DNA of 14,454 nt from Bdellovibrionia bacterium (GTDB lineage: Bacteria > Bdellovibrionota > UBA1018): NCBI GenBank assembly GCA_045805065.1, contig JBJMMA010000253.1, positions 1 through 14,454 on the forward strand, given 5' to 3'. Positions within the stretch are counted from its first letter, which is position 1. The number at the start of each line of letters is the position of its first letter. The position numbers and the translations under genes were made by a program. Below, one piece after another: positions 7,120-14,454 of this stretch. The notes beneath the pieces are model-generated. The model was given only the letters and a program-made list of their open reading frames with translations, made no database searches and was not told the origin of the DNA.

Positions 7120-8886
7120 TCAGCAACCGATTGCCGCGCTCGTATCTGAAGTGTCGATGCTCAAGTCATCAAAAAGCCCCTGACCGTTGAAACTTCCCCA
7201 ACCCGTTGCGTTGTCATAGCCCTGCACGGCGGGATAATAGAGGTTCGTGCTGCCATCGCGAATGTCGTTAAAATCGCTCGAATAACGAGAGCCTCTTCCC
7301 AGTGAGTAGAGAATCGGATTCATGAAACCGATTTGACGCAAGCCGTTGACTTGTCGTTTCTCGTTCACCAGTGCAGTAAATCCTGCCCAAAGCGGGGCCG
7401 CTGCACTTGTCCCCCCGACCGTGACCCAACGGCCTGAGAAATAAATAGCGTACCCTGTCATAGGATCCGAATTCAGCGCCACATCCGGCACATTTCTCAT
7501 GGAAGCGGATCCGCGATTGATGGAAGTATTCACGCCACTTTGCCATCCGGGCTGAACCCAGAGTGCGCTGACGCCTCCTCCACCCGCCCCTTGCGACGCA
7601 GATCCATTGTTCCAGGTCGTCTCGCCCTGATAAGTTCCACCTGAGGCATAAAGTCTCGTGCCTCCCACGGCGACAACAAAAGGTTGAGAAGCAGGATCAA
7701 TCACGCTGATGTTTTTTTGATCTCCATAAGCACCCGCATCTCCGGATGCGGCAAATACGGTCTGCCCCTGAAGCGCCATTTGCTTGAAGATCGAGCTTTC
7801 TCCCATCAGAAAGGACGTGCTTTGCATCTGCTCCGGACCGCCCCAGGAAGTGGTCACGATCTGCGCGACATTGTCGTTTGCAATTCGGCTGTATAGATTG
7901 AGAACCGATTGCGCGCTGTTTGGAGCCTGATAGACCATGATCTTCTTTGCGCCAGGCGCCAATGCTGAAACGAGCTCGATATCCAGCGTAGTCTCCATCG
8001 CTTCCTGCCCCATCGCACCGGTCGCACCATCAATGAAAACATTCTGAAGCGGCACGGCCGGAATCCCGAATGCCCTTTGATAACTGGCGATATCCGAGGC
8101 GCTGTATCCATCCAGCGCCACAACAGCGATTGTTTGCCCTGCGCCACTGGTCTGCGTTGGTACTCGGTAAGCCTGCCGAATGTCTTGAGGCGTAAAGCCT
8201 CCGGAAGGACCGCTTCCAAGCTGCGCACTGATAGTCTCCTGCTTTTGAGCAAAGGATTGAAAACGAGCCATATTGCTCAGGCCATGCACGGCACGGATTC
8301 TGAGCCCGTGCGGAAGCTTGGGCTCGCTGGATGGGGCAAAGTACACTTTACCTGTAGAATCCTTGTACTGACGGATCTCGGCTTGAAATGCCGACTTCAA
8401 AGCGCCAACGCTGGCTTTCCCTTCAATGAGATAGCCATTCTCGTTGATTTTGAGATCGGTGATTCCTTGAGCTGCGAGATAACTCTGTGCTTGCTCCACC
8501 TGCTCTTGCGTGGGTGCATAACGGGCGCGAAACTCGTCAGGCGTGACAAAATTCCGATACGAAGCAGAGCCTGGCGTGTAAAGTTCAAGAAGCCGGCGAT
8601 CCAGCTCGTCCTCATGATTGAGCTCAAGCGAGATCATCACCGGTAAAACCTGATTGCGCGAGAGCGCGCCACGGTCCGCAAAAGATCTTGCTGCTTTTGG
8701 AATATGGCTCATGGCCTCAAACGCAAGACTTTGAGTAGCAGCTTGGGCATAAGCTTGAGTGCGACTCTTGGCAGTCACAGGCCTACAAGCCCCGGGATAA
8801 GGGGACTCCTCCGGCGAATTACAGCTGGATAGCACTAACCCCAAAGAAGCAAAGAAAGAAAGACCGAGCACAATCCGACTAGACAT
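7120..8886 (-). CDS. Peptidase S53 (sedolisin/kumamolisin family) with activation pro-domain; predicted lipoprotein
   Basis: Catalytic ETTLD (Glu/Asp), oxyanion ASGDAG, nucleophile GGTSAAAP, Ca-site GYDNATGWGS, pro-domain LYTPGS..Y..FVTPDEF..RYAP, and lipobox LSSC after MSSRIVLG. Confidence 0.93.
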   Translation of the reverse strand: MSSRIVLGLSFFASLGLVLSSCNSPEESPYPGACRPVTAKSRTQAYAQAATQSLAFEAMSHIPKAARSFADRGALSRNQVLPVMISLELNHEDELDRRLLELYTPGSASYRNFVTPDEFRARYAPTQEQVEQAQSYLAAQGITDLKINENGYLIEGKASVGALKSAFQAEIRQYKDSTGKVYFAPSSEPKLPHGLRIRAVHGLSNMARFQSFAQKQETISAQLGSGPSGGFTPQDIRQAYRVPTQTSGAGQTIAVVALDGYSASDIASYQRAFGIPAVPLQNVFIDGATGAMGQEAMETTLDIELVSALAPGAKKIMVYQAPNSAQSVLNLYSRIANDNVAQIVTTSWGGPEQMQSTSFLMGESSIFKQMALQGQTVFAASGDAGAYGDQKNISVIDPASQPFVVAVGGTRLYASGGTYQGETTWNNGSASQGAGGGGVSALWVQPGWQSGVNTSINRGSASMRNVPDVALNSDPMTGYAIYFSGRWVTVGGTSAAAPLWAGFTALVNEKRQVNGLRQIGFMNPILYSLGRGSRYSSDFNDIRDGSTNLYYPAVQGYDNATGWGSFNGQGLFDDLSIDTSDTSAAIGC

Positions 8887-8891
8887 GGGCT

Positions 8892-8930
8892 GGAAACTCC
8901 GTTTCCCGTCGACTCCGGGCATCCTGCCCG
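8892..8930 (-). promoter_or_regulatory. 5' leader with two GGA-loop hairpins (putative CsrA/RsmA sites; the second covers the RBS)
   Basis: Minus strand CGGGCA-GGA-TGCCCG (8916-8930) and GGAAAC-GGA-GTTTCC (8892-8906), both perfect 6-bp stems. Confidence 0.55.
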
Positions 8931-8947
8931 TTCAAGCGACTGAAGAG

Positions 8948-8975
8948 ATCGTATCGTTCTTGCGCAAAAGGTCAA
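8948..8975 (-). promoter_or_regulatory. Putative sigma-70 promoter of the S53 gene
   Basis: Minus strand TTGACC-N16-TACGAT, directly upstream of the hairpin leader. Confidence 0.5.
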
Positions 8976-9037
8976 ATTTTAGATGATGCGTTTTCTAAGC
9001 CCTTGAATATCCGTCACTTATTTTAGCACTTTGCAGA

Positions 9038-9053
9038 AGGCCCCTGGCTTGCA
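9038..9053 (+). promoter_or_regulatory. Sigma-54-type -24/-12 element in front of the cytochrome c gene
   Basis: AGGCCCCTGGCTTGCA: GG-N10-GC with TTGCA. The GC lies 13 nt before the ATG. Confidence 0.5.
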
Positions 9054-9065
9054 CTTCGGCCAGCC

Positions 9066-9485
9066 ATGCGGAAATTCATTCTCCCAATCCTTTTCTTCTC
9101 TGCGACTCTCGCATTGCTTCAGAACTGCGGATCGTCGAACAACGGCAGCACCGACGTCGCATCTCCCGGAGCGCCTGCCACAAGGCAAGCCAGCGCGACT
9201 CCACTCACTGCAAGCTTCAACTCGCTGTCTCAAAATATCTTCACCCCGAAATGTTTGAGCTGTCACAACAGCACCCAGCCTTTGGGAAATGTGGATTTCA
9301 CAAGCTACGACTCGCTCGTGCACAATACGCGACACATGGATGTCGTCGTTGCGGGCAAACCCGAAGATAGCCATCTCTACGAAGTCTTAAAGTCCGGTGA
9401 AATGCCCATGAACGCGCCCGCGCTCAGCGCAGAGGAAATTCAGGCGGTCTCGGATTGGATCGCCCAAGGCGCTCAAAACAACTAG
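9066..9485 (+). CDS. Monoheme cytochrome c (Planctomycete cytochrome C-like), probable lipoprotein
   Basis: CLSCH heme motif, VVAGKPEDSHLY, a candidate distal Met in EMPMN, and an LSAEEIQAVSDWIAQGA end. The signal peptide ends in LQNC. Confidence 0.88.
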   Translation: MRKFILPILFFSATLALLQNCGSSNNGSTDVASPGAPATRQASATPLTASFNSLSQNIFTPKCLSCHNSTQPLGNVDFTSYDSLVHNTRHMDVVVAGKPEDSHLYEVLKSGEMPMNAPALSAEEIQAVSDWIAQGAQNN

Positions 9486-9497
9486 GCCCTAAGCTTT

Positions 9498-9513
9498 TGG
9501 CAAAGAGTTTGCT
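9498..9513 (+). promoter_or_regulatory. Sigma-54-type -24/-12 promoter of the Cys-rich lipoprotein gene
   Basis: TGGCAAAGAGTTTGCT: TGGCA...TTGCT with GG-N10-GC, in the 59-bp intergenic gap. Confidence 0.7.
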
Positions 9514-9544
9514 TCGCTTTCCGCCAGAAACTTAAGGGGGCGCC

Positions 9545-9973
9545 ATGTCACTTCGAAACTGCTTCTTGTCTCTCACCGCTGTCACAATCGCATTTGCTCT
9601 GAGCTCGTGCTCGGATCTTCCGAGCAAGCCAACACGTGAAAAGAAAGGCCCGCGTTCCTCGCTGATTTCAAAAACAGCGTGGATGAACGTCCTTCCTGGC
9701 GCAATGAGCGATGAGTTCTGCTCATCCGATAGCGATCTTCTCCAGTGCTATCCCATGTCCAAAGAGGATTGCCACAAGAGCGTTGAGCAGATCACCATGA
9801 ACTGCACCAACAACTACTCGGGCGAAATCCCAGCACATCTTGGGAAAGCTGCTGCAGCCACCTGGGGTGGTACCATCGGAAATTGCACGAAGGACGGCAT
9901 TCTCCAGATGATCGCGTCGGAGAATCTCACACCGTCCAGCGACGAGTGCCGTCAAACGGTTGAAGACATGTAA
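9545..9973 (+). CDS. Cys-rich hypothetical lipoprotein
   Basis: Lipobox LSSC, AAGGGG RBS, and six further Cys in a helical-looking domain (possibly 3 disulfides). Confidence 0.78.
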   Translation: MSLRNCFLSLTAVTIAFALSSCSDLPSKPTREKKGPRSSLISKTAWMNVLPGAMSDEFCSSDSDLLQCYPMSKEDCHKSVEQITMNCTNNYSGEIPAHLGKAAAATWGGTIGNCTKDGILQMIASENLTPSSDECRQTVEDM

Positions 9974-9976
9974 GTC

Positions 9977-11863
9977 TTAACCGCCAACAGCGCTTTCAAC
10001 CAGCATCAGGATAATTCCGATAATGGATCCGCCGGCGATCACGCCGGCGGCGACCGTTTCCTGGTTATCGACAAAGGCGCGATAGCCAAAGCTCGACTTA
10101 TCTTGAAAGCGCTTGCGGCAAATCCAGAAAAACAACGTTCCTACTGCCATCAGCCAGGAATCAGAGAACTGAAGAACAAAGCCCAGTCCCATCCCAACGC
10201 CAGTGATTGGGAATCTGCCCTTCATTCTTTGATTGAGGACTTCAAAAAGAATTCCCAGCAATGCACCGATCAGTGCCGCCACTTGCGCGGTCGGATGCAA
10301 AGCATGGAGGCCTTGCGTGAGCACCTCGGCCACACCCTTCCAGATTGCTGCACCTGGAAGCGGCATAGCCTCCGAGGTAAAGCGCGAGATATCGCCGTGG
10401 AAGAGCTGGTAGAACACCGGAACCGCAACCAGACCACCCGCAAAAATTCCCAGTACGTGACCAATCGCCTGATGGCGAGGCTTACCGCCCAACATATAAC
10501 CTGGCTTGATATCCATCAGGAGGTTACTTGCGTTGAGTGACACTTCGGATGTGATGCCGGCGGTCATTAAGTTGGTGGAAATATTTCCCGGAGCAAGAAC
10601 ACTGTAAGTGATCTGCGTAAGCTTACCCAGAGCGCCACCTGGCGTGATTGCCGTAAGGCCCGTGGACGTCACCGCAATGAGCGTGAAAACGAAAACCAGT
10701 GGAACTGCGATCAGCCCAAGCCACCAGTGAATTCCAAACCAGGCATGTCCCATCCAAACGGTGATTGCGCCGATGATCGGAATGCCGATGACGAAGATCT
10801 TCATCGGAAGCTCGATATTGGCCAATGGATCCACTTTCACATCTTCCTTCTTAGCGAAAGGCTTCTTGAACGCCTCGAGAATGATCTGAGGCTTTGAGAA
10901 GAAAGAATAGAGCGAAGCAGTTGTCATCATCGAAGCGCCGGCCCAAAGCGACCACATCGTGATTGCCTTGAACTTTGCCTCAGGAATGACGCCCGCGTGA
11001 ATCAACGCAGGGGCCAGGATGAAGTAATTGATGAAGCCGCCCAGAAGAATGGACATGGCGGTCTTCATGCTCATCAGTCCGCCGGTTCCCACCATGACGA
11101 TGGAGGTGTCCCATTGAATCGTCAGCGCGTTCAATGGAATTCCCATGATCCGTGGCGTGAAGAACTTGTAGACGAAGTGATCCCAGTATTCAGGGATCGC
11201 CAGAAAGCCCAGGCGCATGGCGTTCATGACGGTGCTGTTGCGCAAGGTTTCCATGAGCGCGGACAAGCCCATTCCGCCAAAAAGCAGCTTTGCCTTGAAA
11301 ACGCCCTGACCTACTCCGCCTTCCCCTTCGTCATGGAGATTGTCCAGAACAATGGCTGCGGCATAGCCTTCAGGAAACGGAAGCTGCTCATCGTTGATGA
11401 ATCGCTTCTTCAAAGGAAACGCAAAGAGTACTCCCAGGAGCGAGAGAACGACGATCCACCAGAACGTCTGCCACATCGGGACCACATGACCGGTCACCAT
11501 CATGTAAGCAGGCATCGAGGCCATCATCGGCGCCGTCATATAGCCTGCGCTTGTGGCAATCGATTGCATGGCGTTGTTTTCCAGGATCGTCATGTCATTC
11601 CCGATCTTGAGCTTTGAGAAAAGCCGGAAGATCGCAAATGAGAGAATGACCGAGGAGACTCCCACGCCCAGGGTCCAGCCCGTCTTGATGCCGATGTAAA
11701 GATTGGTCATGCTCAGGATCCCGCCCAAAAGCATGCCGGTGATGGCTGAACGGATATTCAGCTGCGGCATATCGCCTTTATAGACGTTCTTGAGCCACCA
11801 ATTATCCTTCTCTTCGAGGGACATTTCCAAGACTTGATCTGAGCTCAGTTCTTTAATCGACAT
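9977..11863 (-). CDS. OPT/YSL-family oligopeptide transporter
   Basis: NLYIGIKTG, ILENNAMQSIATSAG, LPFPEG and NLLMDIKPGYMLG.KPR.Q motifs; many transmembrane helices; 628 aa. Confidence 0.92.
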   Translation of the reverse strand: MSIKELSSDQVLEMSLEEKDNWWLKNVYKGDMPQLNIRSAITGMLLGGILSMTNLYIGIKTGWTLGVGVSSVILSFAIFRLFSKLKIGNDMTILENNAMQSIATSAGYMTAPMMASMPAYMMVTGHVVPMWQTFWWIVVLSLLGVLFAFPLKKRFINDEQLPFPEGYAAAIVLDNLHDEGEGGVGQGVFKAKLLFGGMGLSALMETLRNSTVMNAMRLGFLAIPEYWDHFVYKFFTPRIMGIPLNALTIQWDTSIVMVGTGGLMSMKTAMSILLGGFINYFILAPALIHAGVIPEAKFKAITMWSLWAGASMMTTASLYSFFSKPQIILEAFKKPFAKKEDVKVDPLANIELPMKIFVIGIPIIGAITVWMGHAWFGIHWWLGLIAVPLVFVFTLIAVTSTGLTAITPGGALGKLTQITYSVLAPGNISTNLMTAGITSEVSLNASNLLMDIKPGYMLGGKPRHQAIGHVLGIFAGGLVAVPVFYQLFHGDISRFTSEAMPLPGAAIWKGVAEVLTQGLHALHPTAQVAALIGALLGILFEVLNQRMKGRFPITGVGMGLGFVLQFSDSWLMAVGTLFFWICRKRFQDKSSFGYRAFVDNQETVAAGVIAGGSIIGIILMLVESAVGG

Positions 11864-11880
11864 AAAAATTTTCCTGAAAT

Positions 11881-12477
11881 TTACTTAACGATTCCTTCGC
11901 GCTTCATCGCTGCGTAGACGCCTGGTCTTTTGGCGATGCGGCTGCAGTAAGCCGTCATATTGGTATATTTGTCGGTGGAGATTTTCAGGAAGCTCGTCCA
12001 GCCAAAGACGGTGAAAAGATAAGCATCAGCAACGGTGAAGTGATTGCCTGCAACGTATTCGCGACCTGCCATATGCGTGTCGACAATAGTCAGAAGCTTT
12101 TCGAGCTTTTCCATCGCAGCTTTGCGGGCTTCTTCCGTCAATGCAGGATTGAAGAATGGACTGAAGGCAGGATGCAGATCCGAGGCAACGAACGAGAGCC
12201 ATTGGAAAGCGTAAGCGCGGTCCATGGATCCCATTGCAGGAAGAAGACCGGCTTGCGAAGCGTTTTCCGCGACAAAATTCAAAATGGCGATGTTCTGAGT
12301 CAGGACCTTTCCGTCATTCATGGCGAGAATAGGAACCGCGCCTTGCGGATTCAGTTCGCCAATCTGCTTCCAGGCCGCATCATCTTTTGCTACTTGGACT
12401 TCAACGGGAAGTCCCGCCTCTTCAAAAGCGATGTGGCAGGACATGGAACAAGCGCCGGGTGATACGATAAGTTTCAT
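11881..12477 (-). CDS. gstA: Glutathione S-transferase, beta-class-like
   Basis: PGACS..CHI..EE, NPQGAVPIL (cis-Pro), LTQNIAIL, SDLH and FTVADAYLF motifs. The AGGAG RBS lies inside the upstream gene. Confidence 0.9.
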   Translation of the reverse strand: MKLIVSPGACSMSCHIAFEEAGLPVEVQVAKDDAAWKQIGELNPQGAVPILAMNDGKVLTQNIAILNFVAENASQAGLLPAMGSMDRAYAFQWLSFVASDLHPAFSPFFNPALTEEARKAAMEKLEKLLTIVDTHMAGREYVAGNHFTVADAYLFTVFGWTSFLKISTDKYTNMTAYCSRIAKRPGVYAAMKREGIVK

Positions 12478-13046
12478 TGAAGTTCTCCTAAAAGCAAAAG
12501 GTCATCTTGTAGACCCGTTTTTTCCTTAAAATAATAATTGAGCCCGAGAAGCACTTTATGAAAGCCATGCGAGAGCATCTCGTCATAAGCAGCTTTGGCA
12601 GCCCAGTGCTCGTCGTAATAACGATAGAGTCCCACGACCAACCCCGTGCGATCTTCGCCATGCTTACAGTGCAGGAAGATCGGATAGTTTGATGGATCGT
12701 GGATCACTTTGAAGACCTGGTCCATCTGCTGATCTGAAGGGGCGAGAAAGCCGGACAGAGGAATCGAAACAAAGCGAATACCCAGAGACTGGGCCCAGGC
12801 GCGCTCGATCGCGATAGGCTTTGCCTCGTTGTCAATATTGAGAATCGTTTTGACGCCTAAGGTTCTTAGTACGCCCATGCCCTCTTGGGAAGGGCGAGCG
12901 CCTCGGTACATGAATGGGGTCACGCGGGCAAAGCGCTCAATCGGCACAGTATACCCAGACTTTGGCTCCATAGCTTGCGCCGGAGTCAAAACCGAAAGCC
13001 CTGCTGTAATCACCGTGATGAAAACTGAGAACATTTTTAATTTCAT
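12474..13046 (-). CDS. Secreted Cys-dependent (CX5R) protein-tyrosine/dual-specificity phosphatase, Siw14/PFA-DSP-like
   Basis: P-loop HCKHGEDRTG, YRGARP and LGVKTILN motifs. Signal peptide ends in AQA. Its stop overlaps the GST start (ATGA). Confidence 0.87.
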   Translation of the reverse strand: MKLKMFSVFITVITAGLSVLTPAQAMEPKSGYTVPIERFARVTPFMYRGARPSQEGMGVLRTLGVKTILNIDNEAKPIAIERAWAQSLGIRFVSIPLSGFLAPSDQQMDQVFKVIHDPSNYPIFLHCKHGEDRTGLVVGLYRYYDEHWAAKAAYDEMLSHGFHKVLLGLNYYFKEKTGLQDDLLLLGELQ

Positions 13047-13055
13047 AGCCGGAAC

Positions 13056-13083
13056 AAACTACAGGGCTTTACGCAGATGTCAA
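13056..13083 (-). promoter_or_regulatory. Putative sigma-70 promoter of the phosphatase-GST-OPT operon
   Basis: Minus strand TTGACA-N16-TAGTTT, 9 nt before the ATG. Confidence 0.5.
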
Positions 13084-13152
13084 ATTTCTTGAGCCCCGCA
13101 ACATAACCCGCCGCGTCATGCCATCTTGTCAAATTGCGTCGGAATATTTGTT

Positions 13153-13182
13153 TTTCTAAATAACTCAGATAGAATTTAGAAA
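13153..13182. promoter_or_regulatory. 9-bp perfect inverted repeat in the divergent promoter region
   Basis: TTTCTAAAT (13153-13161) - 12 nt - ATTTAGAAA (13174-13182). Confidence 0.4.
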
Positions 13183-13204
13183 GAGAGTAAATCGCATACA
13201 AACC

Positions 13205-14454
13205 ATGAATATCCTTCTGATCTTACTCAGCCGCGAAGCCCGACAGATGATCACCTTCTGTCTGGAGAATCGCTATAAAGTGAGCGTCACTGAGACAAGC
13301 TCCACCTCAGAAGCGATCCTCTCTGCTTTTGACCTCAAAAAAGCGATGCCTGACCTGATCATATGCGATCACCCGCTCAACAGCGCCGCGCTCCACGAGT
13401 TCCTGGCCTCAAAGAAACTCAAGATCCCGGTCCTGATCTGCGCTCATGATCCCACTCAGCAAAAGCCCTCTCCCGAACTCCAGCTCTTTTATACAGCGCC
13501 TGGCACAGTCCTCAGAGATGCAGAGAAGCGGATTCAGGATCACCTCAACCAGTCGACCATTACGGAGTCTGATGAGGCGTCTGAATTTCTGAGCATCCGC
13601 ACTGAGCTTCTTCTCAACGCAAGCCCTCTTCAAAGCGATCTTTACATCAAGCTCTCTGACTCCAAGTACGTCAAGCTCATGCGCAAGGGCGACACGTTTG
13701 ATGCCTTGGATTACGAGAAGTACGGAAAAAAGAAGAAAATCCCCTTTCTCTTCATTCATAAAAACGAGCTTGCGACTGTCGTCGAAAAATTCAAGACGGA
13801 GATCAACCGCCTCCTGGCCGCCCCGGCCGCTGAGCCGAAGCAGGCCAACGACGTTTCCACGATGATCCAGGAAACCGCCCAGGAGCTCATCAACAAGGTG
13901 GGCGCAACTCCTGAAGTCCAGGAGATGGTCAAAAAGAACATCCAGCTCACGCTCCATACGGTGGGACGCAATCCAAAGCTCAAGAACATCCTCGACAGTC
14001 TCAACAAAGAGAAGGATCGCTATATCGCTTCTCACAGCGTCTATCTCGCTCAGCTCAGCTGTACATTGGCCGCCGCCATGGAATGGCACTCGGAATCCAC
14101 CTTCCATAAGCTCAACCTCGCGTCCTATTTACACGACATTACTTTAACGGATCAGGAACTTGCCCGGGTTCATGACCTGAAAGATCTTGAAGCCAGGAAG
14201 GCTCAGTTCTCCAAGGAACAGATCGACGCTTTCAAAGCTCACCCCTCCCATGGAGCCGAGCTTGCGCAGAAATTCAATGAAGTCCCGCCCGATGTGGACA
14301 CCTTGATTGTCCAACACCACGAAAAGCCCGACGGTTCCGGCTTTCCGCGGGGGCTCACCCACAAGCAGATCGGGCCTCTATCATCCGTGTTTATAGCAAG
14401 CCATGACATCGTCACTCACATCTTTGAGAGCGACAAACCCTTTGTCATGGAAGA
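13205..14454 (+). CDS. HD-GYP-like domain protein with a degenerate N-terminal receiver domain (partial; runs off the window end)
   Basis: I translated an open frame from ATG 13205 to the end: MNILLI...PDLIICD...IPVLIC (REC-like), then SHSV, LHDI, HPSHG and HHEKPDGSGFPRGL. Missing from the ORF track because it has no stop codon in the window. Confidence 0.9.
   Translation, partial: MNILLILLSREARQMITFCLENRYKVSVTETSSTSEAILSAFDLKKAMPDLIICDHPLNSAALHEFLASKKLKIPVLICAHDPTQQKPSPELQLFYTAPGTVLRDAEKRIQDHLNQSTITESDEASEFLSIRTELLLNASPLQSDLYIKLSDSKYVKLMRKGDTFDALDYEKYGKKKKIPFLFIHKNELATVVEKFKTEINRLLAAPAAEPKQANDVSTMIQETAQELINKVGATPEVQEMVKKNIQLTLHTVGRNPKLKNILDSLNKEKDRYIASHSVYLAQLSCTLAAAMEWHSESTFHKLNLASYLHDITLTDQELARVHDLKDLEARKAQFSKEQIDAFKAHPSHGAELAQKFNEVPPDVDTLIVQHHEKPDGSGFPRGLTHKQIGPLSSVFIASHDIVTHIFESDKPFVME

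Noticed and set aside
13409..14362. Minus-strand ORFs 13409-14107, 13756-14007 and 14144-14362
   Set aside because: They are antisense to the motif-bearing HD-GYP frame and show no recognisable features.

Overview
Chromosomal window from a moderately GC-rich bacterium, probably Bdellovibrionota/Oligoflexia-like (inferred from an LQNC-type lipoprotein signal, many small Cys-containing secreted proteins, and PilZ and degenerate HD-GYP proteins). It holds 15 complete CDSs and 2 partial ones. In order: the C-terminus of a SAM-dependent methyltransferase, a secreted hypothetical, a Zn-finger/YbjQ-like protein, HutD, a large PilZ protein, a secreted (AGQK)16 repeat protein, a hydrophobic secreted 4-Cys protein, a HAD hydrolase, a membrane protein, a secreted QK-repeat protein, a lipoprotein S53 protease, a lipoprotein cytochrome c, a Cys-rich lipoprotein, a phosphatase-GST-OPT operon and a partial REC-like/HD-GYP gene that the ORF track missed. 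I saw no rRNA, tRNA, CRISPR or mobile element. The most striking signals are: (1) the AGQK tetrapeptide-repeat gene with its own sigma-54-type promoter and UUCG terminator; (2) a second secreted protein with the same 4-residue QK periodicity; (3) four GG-N10-GC sigma-54-type motifs in front of envelope or secreted genes; (4) a double GGA-loop hairpin (CsrA-like) leader on the S53 protease. All family calls come from motif recognition by eye; no database searches were run.
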